Source: Ignavibacteriota bacterium
GTDB lineage: Bacteria > Bacteroidota > Ignavibacteria > UBA10030 > CAVZMI01
Reading direction: 5' to 3'
DNA: 64,000 nt
Assembly (NCBI GenBank): GCA_963776275.1
Contig: CAVZMI010000018.1
Span: 1-64,000, forward strand
A model generated the notes under the pieces. That model saw only the letters and a list, made by a program, of their open reading frames with translations. It made no database searches and was not told the origin of the DNA. The position numbers and the translations under genes were made by a program. Of this stretch, positions 18,382 to 29,672 are shown piece after piece (position 1 is the first letter of the stretch; every line of letters begins with the position of its first letter).

Positions 18382-18894
18382 TTATCCTTTCTTCGGCAGC
18401 GGATGCTTAATTTTTTCCCACGACGCTTTGTAATCGAACTTCTTGTAGCTGGGACTTTCCGGATTATGACACTTCTCGCACAACTTGGGATCATTTGACG
18501 CGATGATCAGACCGGCGGCAAGAGCTTTCCCGCGATCTTTCATCACAGCGATTGATTTATATTCTGAACCCGGGCCGTGGCAGGCTTCGCATGTCACACC
18601 ATCTTTTCCATTGCCAACAATGTGACATTTCAGACAGGCTGGGCTATCCTTTGCGGCGGTCTTAAGTCCTTTTTCTTTCGCAATCTTATCGGCTTCAGGG
18701 GTTTCGAGTGTTTTGTACGCTTTTGCATGACTGCTCTTTTCCCAGATTTCAGCCTGTGATCCCTTCGCTGCACCTCTATGACATGCTGCACATATCTTCT
18801 CGCCAACATATTTTGCAGTTCCCTGCGAATGTGTAAGAGATGCGAAAAAGATCATCGCACAGATGACTGTCACCACTGCCATGAATTTCTTCAT
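18382..18894 (-). CDS. Tetraheme cytochrome c554-family periplasmic protein
   Basis: Signal peptide; YVG..CAACH, W..S.HA, CLKCH, GV.CEACHGPG and CEKCH. Confidence 0.9.
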   Translation of the reverse strand: MKKFMAVVTVICAMIFFASLTHSQGTAKYVGEKICAACHRGAAKGSQAEIWEKSSHAKAYKTLETPEADKIAKEKGLKTAAKDSPACLKCHIVGNGKDGVTCEACHGPGSEYKSIAVMKDRGKALAAGLIIASNDPKLCEKCHNPESPSYKKFDYKASWEKIKHPLPKKG

Positions 18895-19057
18895 CGTGTT
18901 AAGGTTGCTCCCTTGTGTATAATCATGGTATCCAGGGGTTGAAATTGTCTTTACTCATGTCGTAATATTTTAGAGGAAACATCGTATAGAAAGGTCCTCC
19001 CTGCAATAATAATTCCCCTCTGATGTTTTCTGAAGAGTTCAACTGCATTCTCTATAT

Positions 19058-19086
19058 ATTGTAGCGACCTTTTGCCACATTGTCAA
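19058..19086 (-). promoter_or_regulatory. Sigma70 promoter for the cytochrome-porin cluster
   Basis: TTGACA-17bp-TACAAT on the minus strand, immediately after the OFOR stop codon. Confidence 0.7.
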
Positions 19087-19087
19087 G

Positions 19088-20452
19088 TTATCTCGGTGAT
19101 TTTAACAGTGAATCTGCAGCTTCCCGGAGCTGTGAAAAATCTTTCTCATATGCCGCTGATGCCTTGCCGAATCTTTCTTTGATTACTGCCTGAAGAGCCT
19201 CGGTCGGAACAAGATCAACGAGGAGCGAGGCCAGAAACACTCCGGCCATTGCGGCCCGAGATGGAGAGATTTTCTTCCTGAAATTATATCTCACGATCCT
19301 GGCGTTTGTTTCATGTAACGATAATTCTGCGTCTGCAAGTATTAAGGTCTTTTCAGATGCACGGCTGAAAGTTCCGTTTGATAGTAATTCTTCTAGTCCA
19401 TCAGTCGAGGTCACGACTATGACGTCCGGCTCGTCAATAGCCGTGTAATATATTTCGGTCGGACTGATGCATACTTCCGATAGCGAAAAACCCGATCCCT
19501 GCGTAACTGGATTATCGTTCTTTTGCGTACACTCCAGTCCCGACATAACTGCAGCGCGTGCGAGTAGATAGGCGGTCGACTGAACCCGCTCGCCCGCTGT
19601 CCCTGCAATGACAATACCCACCTGCTTTTGCAATGAGCCTGAAAAACGTTGGTCGATATATTCTAATGAAGTATTATCATGTTCCACCCGGGGTTCATAT
19701 TTCTCCTTGTACAAAACTCCGAATTCTTTTCGCACGGAAGAACGGCGGAGTATCCCCAGGGATAATTGGTGTCGGGCAAGAATTTCTTCGAGCGATTTTC
19801 CCGTTATCTCGTTGGGTCTTACTGCATATTCCGTACAAAGCTCGACGATTTCAACGAGCGCAAACCCCGGATGTGCGATTGCCTGTGCGATGACATGCGG
19901 GAGATTCTTGTCTGTTGCAAGAGTGCGTGCAACGAATCCTGCTCCGCATCCGTCGAGGATATTGCATATGTTGATCGGAGGGATCATGTTGCCGCGCGGT
20001 GTTGTCGGCGTGATGAATTCAAGCGGAGAGAAATTCGAATTCTGTCCGCCTGTCATCCCAAAAAGAAAGTTATTCGCGAGGATGACGGTAATATCCACAT
20101 TCATGAGAGCCGCGCTCACGAGATGAAGCAACCCGATCATTGCGCCGCCATCACCGATGATAACGATGGTTTTTAGTTCCGAAGTGCTCATAATAGCATC
20201 TGCGATCTCGACTCCTGTCGCAAACGCCGTCGAGCGTCCGTGCGTCGTATGCATCGTGTGAAGCTCGGGGAAGAGATTGTCGACCAGGCCGATACAACCA
20301 ATATCGCTGACGAGAAGAACCTTTGAGGGATCGATCTGGAGTTCGATTAGTGCATCATTCATGCGTTTGACAACGTGACAATGACCGCATCCCTTGCAGA
20401 ATGGAAATATGGCATCTTCAACGAGATAGTTCCGGTATTTCTGCTCAGGCAT
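19088..20452 (-). CDS. 2-oxoacid:ferredoxin oxidoreductase beta subunit fused to a gamma-like domain (set 2)
   Basis: FCKGCGH, DIGC, GDGG..NN..FGMTGGQ TPP motif; C-terminal IAGTAGERVQ gamma domain. Confidence 0.88.
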   Translation of the reverse strand: MPEQKYRNYLVEDAIFPFCKGCGHCHVVKRMNDALIELQIDPSKVLLVSDIGCIGLVDNLFPELHTMHTTHGRSTAFATGVEIADAIMSTSELKTIVIIGDGGAMIGLLHLVSAALMNVDITVILANNFLFGMTGGQNSNFSPLEFITPTTPRGNMIPPINICNILDGCGAGFVARTLATDKNLPHVIAQAIAHPGFALVEIVELCTEYAVRPNEITGKSLEEILARHQLSLGILRRSSVRKEFGVLYKEKYEPRVEHDNTSLEYIDQRFSGSLQKQVGIVIAGTAGERVQSTAYLLARAAVMSGLECTQKNDNPVTQGSGFSLSEVCISPTEIYYTAIDEPDVIVVTSTDGLEELLSNGTFSRASEKTLILADAELSLHETNARIVRYNFRKKISPSRAAMAGVFLASLLVDLVPTEALQAVIKERFGKASAAYEKDFSQLREAADSLLKSPR

Positions 20453-20454
20453 TA

Positions 20455-21651
20455 TTACGCACCTCCGTCCCCGATAGGTGAATCCTGAGAGATTGCTGTA
20501 AGAATATCATCGGGTGTGATCATTCGTCCGATGGTATTAACTCCGATCACAGTCCGATCCGCGAATAGGTGATTGATGACTCCGCGATATAACCCGGTAA
20601 GATTTTCTTCGGCGACGATCACTCTTTTCACACCATCCAAAGCGTGTGCAATTTTCTTTTCAGGTAGAGGAAAAAGTGACAGAACGTTGAGCAAGGATAT
20701 TTTCTGGCCCTGAAGCCGTGCCCGGCTGACAGCCTCGCGTGCTGTTCGGGCAGTAATCCCGTAGCTTATGACGAGCGTTTCGGCATTCTCCTGCGCGTCG
20801 AATTTCACTACGGACATATCGAATGTGCGATTGACGATTTTTTCCTGTAGATGCCGGAGGACTTCGATTGTTTCGGGTGAATTTTTTTGGAGAATGCCAT
20901 TCTTATCATGCGCTGAGCCTGTCATCGTTACTTTATACTCACTGCCGACGGTGAAAAATTTCGGAACTTCCTCCAGCTTTGAAAAACCGTATGTCGGAAC
21001 GTGTCGCTCCATGGCCGAGTAATTGGATGGAAGAGCCTGGAGACCTGTTCGGTTGACAACTTCAATATCCCGGAGTGCCAGATAGTCGACACTTTCCGAG
21101 GTCATTCCGACTTCCTTGTCTGAAAGTATAATCACCGGTGTCCGCAGGACTTCCGACCATGAGAATGCAAGCATCGTCAATTCATAGCATTCTGCAGCGG
21201 TACTTGGGGCAAAGATAGGGATGGTGTATCCGCCGGACGTACAGAATTCTGCGAGCAGGACGTCACCCTGGCCACCCTGAGTTGCTCCACCGGTACTCGG
21301 GCCCAAACGTTGGACAAGGACAAGAACGAGAGGTATCTCGGTAATTATTGCATACTGGAGAGTTTCGATCATCAGAGCAAATCCTGGTTCGGATGTCGCA
21401 GTCATTGCTTTGCATCCACGGGCTGAGGCACCGACACAATAGGCAAGAGCTGAGATCTCATCGGGCGCGCTGAGTGCAATGTCGCCACGTTTCGGGAGAC
21501 CTTCGATCATTGATTTAAAAATTCCTGATGCAGGGGTAATCGGATATCCGCTGAAGAAATTGCATCCTGACCTTATTGCCCCTTCAGCAATCATCTGATT
21601 TCCGGAGCGTATTTTCCGATGTTGATGACCACTCTGAGGAGTCATGAACAC
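20455..21651 (-). CDS. 2-oxoacid:ferredoxin oxidoreductase alpha subunit (set 2)
   Basis: GNQMIAEGA, GYPITP, TATS(E)PG and QRLGPSTG motifs. Confidence 0.9.
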   Translation of the reverse strand: MFMTPQSGHQHRKIRSGNQMIAEGAIRSGCNFFSGYPITPASGIFKSMIEGLPKRGDIALSAPDEISALAYCVGASARGCKAMTATSEPGFALMIETLQYAIITEIPLVLVLVQRLGPSTGGATQGGQGDVLLAEFCTSGGYTIPIFAPSTAAECYELTMLAFSWSEVLRTPVIILSDKEVGMTSESVDYLALRDIEVVNRTGLQALPSNYSAMERHVPTYGFSKLEEVPKFFTVGSEYKVTMTGSAHDKNGILQKNSPETIEVLRHLQEKIVNRTFDMSVVKFDAQENAETLVISYGITARTAREAVSRARLQGQKISLLNVLSLFPLPEKKIAHALDGVKRVIVAEENLTGLYRGVINHLFADRTVIGVNTIGRMITPDDILTAISQDSPIGDGGA

Positions 21652-21667
21652 TTGCGTCGATGTTATA

Positions 21668-21916
21668 TTATGTAAGACTTGATCCGATCTGGTCGGTGAT
21701 ATCGCGTTCGACCTGCACCTCTTCTATTTTCTGTTGAAGAGAAGCAATCAATGCTTCCCGTCCGACGATCAAGCGCTGGAAGTAGATCCGTATTTCCGGG
21801 AAATCGCATTCGGTAATGACACTCCTGTAATACTCGAGAGTTGCCGATTCACGATGCAATGATTCTTCCAGTGCACTGCAAAACTTCGCGCATTGATGGT
21901 CGCATTGAGGTTCCAT
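21668..21916 (-). CDS. Small hypothetical protein with a Cys-rich N-terminus and a ferritin-like helix pair
   Basis: 82 aa; AGGAGG SD; CDHQCAKFC then EESLHRE....YY....ECD.PEIR..F. Confidence 0.6.
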   Translation of the reverse strand: MEPQCDHQCAKFCSALEESLHRESATLEYYRSVITECDFPEIRIYFQRLIVGREALIASLQQKIEEVQVERDITDQIGSSLT

Positions 21917-21939
21917 TGATCCCTCCTGTCGATAAATCT

Positions 21940-22479
21940 TCATTTCCCTACTAGCTCGGCACCGCGCCTGAGTGCTTTTTCGTTCAACGGAATAAGGTGA
22001 TGATGACGTTCAGGGAGAACTTTTTTCAGGGCGACGCGGATAGCCTCAAGTCCCACAACCTGCCGGCAGCGCAGGAGCGCTCCGAGCACAATCATATTCA
22101 TCACTTTCGTGTTATTCAATTTTATTGCTTCTTCACTTGCCGGGATCGGTACGATAGTGATGTCGGTCCGTACCGGTTTGTTAATGATGTTCGTGCTGTC
22201 ATAGAGCAGCAGACCGCCGGGTTTCACCGATTTTTCGAATTTATCGAGCGACGGCTGGTTTAATGCTACAACGGCGTCGAAGCGTGAAATAATGGGTGAA
22301 CTGATCGGCTCGTCGGCTATGATTGTAATACAATTCGCAGTGCCGCCTCGCATTTCCGGTCCATACGACGGCATCCAGCAGACTTCGCGGTTTTCAGTGA
22401 TTCCGGCGTATGCGAGAACTTGTCCCATCGAAAGAATACCCTGACCGCCAAAGCCCGCAAAGATAAGCTCATGTGTCAT
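21940..22479 (-). CDS. 2-oxoacid:ferredoxin oxidoreductase gamma subunit (set 1)
   Basis: AGFGGQG, PSYGPEMRGG and NMIVLGA. Confidence 0.93.
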   Translation of the reverse strand: MTHELIFAGFGGQGILSMGQVLAYAGITENREVCWMPSYGPEMRGGTANCITIIADEPISSPIISRFDAVVALNQPSLDKFEKSVKPGGLLLYDSTNIINKPVRTDITIVPIPASEEAIKLNNTKVMNMIVLGALLRCRQVVGLEAIRVALKKVLPERHHHLIPLNEKALRRGAELVGK

Positions 22480-23258
22480 GCGCGTTTCACCTCGCCTTCC
22501 GGTACTTTTAGGTCACCCAGAGGATAGATAGGAAGCATGTTTTTTTCAAGCCAATCGTTTGCTTCGAGTGGCGTCATTTTCCATCCTGAGGGACAGTTCG
22601 ATACGATTTCGATCAGACATGTCCCGCGTTTTTCTTTTTGATAACCGAACGCACGAACAAGAGATTTTTTTAGTTGTCTGACATGGTTCGGCGTGAAGAC
22701 TGCCTGCCGTGTGACATAGGCCGATCCCGGTAACATAGCTATGAGGTCGGCAATCTTCAGTGGAAATCCCTGCAGCTTGATATCGCGGCCGAAGGGAGAT
22801 GTGCTGGTCTTCATCCCCTCAATTGTTGTCGGGGCCATCTGGCCGCCTGTCATGCCGTAAATTCCATTGTTGATAAAAACGACGAGGATGTTCTCCCCGC
22901 GGTTTGCTGTGTGGATGGTTTCGGCTGTACCAATCGCTGCGAGGTCACCGTCGCCCTGATAGGTGAATACATATTTATCGGGGAGAACCCGTTTGATGCC
23001 GGTTGCTACTGCACATGCTCGTCCGTGTGCGGCTTCCTGCATGTCGATGTCTAAATAAAAATACGCGAATACCGCACAACCCACCGGAGCAATGCCGATG
23101 ACATTCTCCTGAATACCTAATTCATCTATCACTTCCATCACGACTCTATGAGCAACCCCGTGTCCGCAACCGGGGCAATAACGCGTTTGTGTATCGACCA
23201 GTGTCCCGGGTTTCAGGTATACACATTCGAGATTTTCAAGATCGATTATTGGTTCCAT
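22476..23258 (-). CDS. 2-oxoacid:ferredoxin oxidoreductase beta (TPP-binding) subunit (set 1, VOR/KOR-like)
   Basis: YCPGCGHG, APVGC and QGDGD..NNGIYGMTGGQ. Confidence 0.93.
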   Translation of the reverse strand: MEPIIDLENLECVYLKPGTLVDTQTRYCPGCGHGVAHRVVMEVIDELGIQENVIGIAPVGCAVFAYFYLDIDMQEAAHGRACAVATGIKRVLPDKYVFTYQGDGDLAAIGTAETIHTANRGENILVVFINNGIYGMTGGQMAPTTIEGMKTSTSPFGRDIKLQGFPLKIADLIAMLPGSAYVTRQAVFTPNHVRQLKKSLVRAFGYQKEKRGTCLIEIVSNCPSGWKMTPLEANDWLEKNMLPIYPLGDLKVPEGEVKRA

Positions 23259-23266
23259 TATAATAT

Positions 23267-24358
23267 TTACTCCTGTACGACAACACGAAATTCATGTTTC
23301 TGTGAGAGTGCAAGCATCTCATCGAGAACTTCTTCAGGACTCGGAATCATTCCACCCATGCGGCCGTGAAAATAGACGGGGACCTGCCCGTCGACGGCAA
23401 GCCGTACATCTTCCACCATCTGGCCGGAATTCATTTCGACCACTAGCATTGCTTTAACTTTTTTTGCGAGCAGGTTTATGACGGTGGTTGGGAAAGGATA
23501 CAGCGTAATCGGTCGAATCAGACCGGCGTTGATTCCTTGGTCTTTTGCAAGGTCAATTGCCTTATGGGCGATCCGTGCTGAAAGACCGAACGCAACCAGA
23601 ATAAGGTCTGCATCTTCAGTATTGATGAGCTCGAATCGGACCTCCTCTTCACAAATCTTTTTATATTTTTTCTGGAGATGGATGTTGAAATCTTCCATCT
23701 GTTCCGGTTCGAGATGTATCGATGTGATTATATTTCGTTCACGCCCTTTTGTCTTTCCTGTTGTAGCCCACGGCTTTGGAATGCGTTGAGATTTATCGTA
23801 CGGCCGGAATTCAACTTTTTCCATCATTTGGCCGAGTGCACCATCGGTAAGAATCATAACAGGAATCCGCCATTTGTCCGCAAGGTCGAATCCATCGTAA
23901 ACAAAATCGGCCATTTCCTGCACGGTCGCAGGTGCAAGCACGATGAGATGATAATCGCCATGTCCGCCTCCTTTGACAGCCTGAAAGTAGTCGCCCTGTG
24001 ACGGCTGGATGGTTCCGAGTCCCGGCCCCCCACGGTTCACATTAACAATAAGAAATGGAAGTTCGGCGCAGGCACTGTAGGAAAGTCCTTCCTGCATCAA
24101 ACTGATTCCCGGGCTAGAGGATGAGGTCATCACCCGAGCACCGGCTCCGGATGCGCCATAGATCATGTTGATTGCCGCAAGTTCGCTCTCTGCTTGAAGG
24201 ACAATCCCTCCTTTTGGGGCAAACTCCGATGAAAGATATTCTAAAATTTCCGATTGAGGCGTAATGGGATAACCAAAATAGGCGTCAAGTCCTGCCCGTA
24301 TGGCAGCTTCGGCAAGAGCTTCGTTGCCTTTCATGAGACTAATGTCGTGCACGGTCAT
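23267..24358 (-). CDS. vorB: 2-oxoacid:ferredoxin oxidoreductase alpha subunit (VorB-like, set 1)
   Basis: LMKGNEA, GYPITPQSE, SSSPGISL and RGGPGLGTIQPSQGDY; AAAGGAG SD. Confidence 0.88.
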   Translation of the reverse strand: MTVHDISLMKGNEALAEAAIRAGLDAYFGYPITPQSEILEYLSSEFAPKGGIVLQAESELAAINMIYGASGAGARVMTSSSSPGISLMQEGLSYSACAELPFLIVNVNRGGPGLGTIQPSQGDYFQAVKGGGHGDYHLIVLAPATVQEMADFVYDGFDLADKWRIPVMILTDGALGQMMEKVEFRPYDKSQRIPKPWATTGKTKGRERNIITSIHLEPEQMEDFNIHLQKKYKKICEEEVRFELINTEDADLILVAFGLSARIAHKAIDLAKDQGINAGLIRPITLYPFPTTVINLLAKKVKAMLVVEMNSGQMVEDVRLAVDGQVPVYFHGRMGGMIPSPEEVLDEMLALSQKHEFRVVVQE

Positions 24359-24378
24359 ATCTCCTTTGAACATGTGTG

Positions 24379-24627
24379 CTATGGAGTAACGATGGTACTG
24401 GTCTGGGCTGACTTCTTCTTCGCGCGATATACCGCAAACACCGCATCAGGACAGACTAATGCACAGTTAATACAGCCGGTACAATTATCCAGAACAAGTT
24501 CGACATAATGATATCCCTGACTGTTGATCTCGTTCGACAGAGCCAGAGAATTTTGTTTGCATGCAGGAATGCACAGTGAACATCCCTTACAATTTTCTTT
24601 ATTTATTATTACTGTTCCTCGGATCAT
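24379..24627 (-). CDS. 2[4Fe-4S] ferredoxin / OFOR delta subunit
   Basis: CKGCSLCIPAC and CTGCINCALVCP. Confidence 0.93.
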   Translation of the reverse strand: MIRGTVIINKENCKGCSLCIPACKQNSLALSNEINSQGYHYVELVLDNCTGCINCALVCPDAVFAVYRAKKKSAQTSTIVTP

Positions 24628-25299
24628 CGATAACTCCTTTTTTCCGTACAAACATTTGACGATCTGGTTGTGTTCCGGGCATCGTCAAAAAGCGTCACGA
24701 ATGTGCGAATAATACATTTCGTGAGATATAATATACCTAAGAAATAATTATTAAACCAGAAAATTGTTCCGTCTATTGCCATCTGCAAGTACCCCGGACA
24801 AGCACCCGATATTTGCTATTTCAATATAGTTGAAATGCCAGAATTCTGGTTTGGTTTGACTCAATCCATTACTACATTTCAACTCTCATTTGACACCTGG
24901 GGGAGGTCTACAAATTTATAGAAGTTCGATCATATTGGAATTTAATGCCTTCTCTAGAATTTCACCTTCTGATCTGGGGATAATGTTATAAAACGGGATT
25001 TCGCTCACCTCATCGAGGAATATAGATGATTTATTAGCTGAGAAAGCTTCTCACTTTTCAAGACGTTCGGTTCACAACTCTGAATTGGAAATCGAAAATC
25101 AACTTGAAATCAATTTTTAAGGTGAATAGAGGCCAGAATGAATTTCTTATTTTTTCAATCGTGTTCCTCAGAACTTATAATTTAGACCTTATCGAACCAT
25201 AAGAAATGAATGCATTGCTCGGTAGGGAAGAATCGATATTAAGTATTTTTGACTCATAAATTAAAAATCCCGAAGGGTCGTAGACAGAAATCATCGATA

Positions 25300-26247
25300 T
25301 CAAAGGATTTGTTTCTTGAAATATTCGATGGTTCTTATCAATCCTTCCCGCCGTGACACGACAGGCTGCCAACCGAAGAGATTCTTTGCCCGGGAAATAT
25401 CGGGTTGGCGGATTTTCGGATCGTCTTCTGGGAGGTCTTTAAAAATGATCGTGCTGCGGCTTCCTGTCAGTTCGATGCATTCTTTGGCAAGATCCAGCAT
25501 TGATATTTCTTCGGGATTACCAATATTGAGAGGTTCATAATATTTCACGCCCAGCAGGCGGTAAATTCCCTCGATGAGATCTGTCACATAACAAACGCTT
25601 CGGGTCTGTGACCCATCACCGAATACTGTTACCGCTTCATTACGTAAAGATTGAGACAGAAAGGCTGGTATAGCCCGACCATCGTTAAGGCGCATCCGCG
25701 GTCCAAATGTATTGAAGATCCGAACGATGCGGGTATCGACACCGTGATAGCGGTGATACGCCATGGTCATTGCCTCGGCAAAACGTTTTGCCTCATCGTA
25801 GACTCCGCGGATGCCTATGGGGTTGACATTTCCCCAGTAGCTTTCTTCCTGGGGGTGTACGATTGGATCACCGTACACCTCGGAAGTTGAGGCGAGTAAG
25901 AAACATGCCCCTTTGTTTCTTGCCAGTCCGAGTGCTTTATGTGTCCCCAGTGATCCGACTTTAAGTGTCTGAATCGGATATTTCAGATAATCGAACGGGC
26001 TTGCTGGAGATGCAAAATGCAGGATGTTATCTACCCGACCTTCCACATAGATATAATCTGTGATATCATAGTGGACAAATCGGAAATTTTCATTCCCCAG
26101 AAGGTGTACAATGTTATCCATGGAACCGGTGAGAAGGTTGTCGATACAAATCACCATATGTCCCTCGCTGAGGAGTCGTTCACAGAGATGGGAACCAAGA
26201 AATCCGGCGCCTCCGGTCACTACACTCACTATCTGATCAGTTTTCAT
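25300..26247 (-). CDS. UDP-glucuronate decarboxylase (UDP-xylose synthase)-like SDR
   Basis: [26 protein letters not shown] and YDEAKR. Confidence 0.9.
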   Translation of the reverse strand: MKTDQIVSVVTGGAGFLGSHLCERLLSEGHMVICIDNLLTGSMDNIVHLLGNENFRFVHYDITDYIYVEGRVDNILHFASPASPFDYLKYPIQTLKVGSLGTHKALGLARNKGACFLLASTSEVYGDPIVHPQEESYWGNVNPIGIRGVYDEAKRFAEAMTMAYHRYHGVDTRIVRIFNTFGPRMRLNDGRAIPAFLSQSLRNEAVTVFGDGSQTRSVCYVTDLIEGIYRLLGVKYYEPLNIGNPEEISMLDLAKECIELTGSRSTIIFKDLPEDDPKIRQPDISRAKNLFGWQPVVSRREGLIRTIEYFKKQIL

Positions 26248-26271
26248 AAAGCTCCAGAGAATCAATTATTA

Positions 26272-27573
26272 TTATCGTCGTCCGACTCCATAATAGGCAA
26301 AACCTTTTGACCGAAGTTGTTGCACATTAAGAATATTCCGTCCGTCAAAAATTACAAGGCCCCGCATAATCTCTTTTATTTCTTCATAATCGGGTTCACG
26401 GAATTCGTTCCATTCAGTGACTATAATGAGTGCATCGGCTCGTCGGAGCGCTTCATAGGGTGTTGCGCATAGTTTTATTTTCGTGCCGAAAACTTTTTTG
26501 GCCTCAGGCATAGCGGCCGGGTCGTGGGCCTGGATTTTTGCACCGAGTTTGAGCAGTTCCTGGATAATGACAACGGATGGCGCTTCTCTGATATCGTTGG
26601 TTTTTGGCTTGAATGCAAGTCCCCAGATTGCGAATGTTTTTCCTTCGACCGAATGTGCAAAATGCCGTTTAATTTTCGGGATCAGGGAACGTTTTTGTCG
26701 GTTATTAACCTCTTCGACGGCTTTGAGGATTTTAAAATCCTGCCCCATGCGTTCTCCGATTTTAATCAGTGCTTTCACATCTTTCGGGAAACACGAACCG
26801 CCATACCCGACGCCTGGAAAGAGAAACGATTTCCCGATGCGTGGGTCGGAGCCGATGCCAATGCGGACTTTGTCGACATCCGCACCGACGCTTTCCGCAA
26901 GATTTGCGATTTCGTTCATGAACGAAATTCTTGTGGCCAGAAGCGAGTTTGCGGCATATTTCGTCAGTTCGGCACTTGCTTCATCCATCACGATAAAAGG
27001 ATTGCCTGTACGGATGAACGGCTCATATAGCTGCCTCATAACGGCTATGGCCTTCTCTGAGCTCGATCCGATCACAATCCGATCGGGTTTCATGAAATCC
27101 TCAACAGCGCTTCCTTCCTTGAGAAATTCCGGATTGGAAACTACGTCAAACGGCACTCGTGTTTTCGAGCGGATGATTTCTCTGATACGCGCAACAGTTC
27201 CTACGGGAACAGTGCTCTTATTCACAATAACCTTATAGTCTTTTATTAAGCGTCCAGTCTGTTCAACCACCGCCAGAACGTGCCGGAGATCAGCCGCTCC
27301 ATCTTCATTCGGCGGTGTCGGGAGTGCAAGAAGAATCACCTGGGAATGCTTGATTCCTTCACGGAGTTGCGTTGTGAAGGAGAGGCGTTTTTCTCGTATA
27401 TTTTTTCGAACAAGCTCATCCAGCCCCGGTTCATAAATCGGGATTTCTCCTTTTTTCAGAAGTGTGATTTTTCTTCGGTCGACATCAACGCAGGCGACCG
27501 TGTTCCCCATCTCGGCAAAACATGCACCGGCAACGAGTCCCACATAGCCGATACCGACAACGGCGATTCTCAT
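26272..27573 (-). CDS. ugd: UDP-glucose 6-dehydrogenase
   Basis: GIGYVG, KSTVPVG, SNPEFL and GYGGSCFPKD. Confidence 0.95.
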   Translation of the reverse strand: MRIAVVGIGYVGLVAGACFAEMGNTVACVDVDRRKITLLKKGEIPIYEPGLDELVRKNIREKRLSFTTQLREGIKHSQVILLALPTPPNEDGAADLRHVLAVVEQTGRLIKDYKVIVNKSTVPVGTVARIREIIRSKTRVPFDVVSNPEFLKEGSAVEDFMKPDRIVIGSSSEKAIAVMRQLYEPFIRTGNPFIVMDEASAELTKYAANSLLATRISFMNEIANLAESVGADVDKVRIGIGSDPRIGKSFLFPGVGYGGSCFPKDVKALIKIGERMGQDFKILKAVEEVNNRQKRSLIPKIKRHFAHSVEGKTFAIWGLAFKPKTNDIREAPSVVIIQELLKLGAKIQAHDPAAMPEAKKVFGTKIKLCATPYEALRRADALIIVTEWNEFREPDYEEIKEIMRGLVIFDGRNILNVQQLRSKGFAYYGVGRR

Positions 27574-27582
27574 TTATGCACC

Positions 27583-29564
<1,982 letters not shown>

Positions 29565-29631
29565 GAAATGAAATTATCATATAAATATACGAAGGTGCTC
29601 CAAGAAATACAACGAATAATATAACATTAAC

Positions 29632-29660
29632 TTGCAAATCTCGACGTTTCTCTCTATAAT
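29632..29660 (+). promoter_or_regulatory. Sigma70 promoter of the tsaD operon (nearly leaderless)
   Basis: TTGCAA-17bp-TATAAT, 12 nt before the ATG. Confidence 0.6.
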
Positions 29661-29672
29661 AAAAATGTTTAT

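Noticed and set aside
18382-18894. Cytochrome c554 as evidence of ammonia or hydroxylamine oxidation
   Set aside because: No hao, cycB or amo in the window; c554-family tetrahemes are widespread electron carriers
24840-25300. AT-rich spacer as a possible degraded gene or IS
   Set aside because: No convincing ORF, terminal inverted repeats or transposase motifs seen
26483-27238. 251-aa ORF antisense to ugd
   Set aside because: Shadow ORF of a conserved gene with no recognisable motifs
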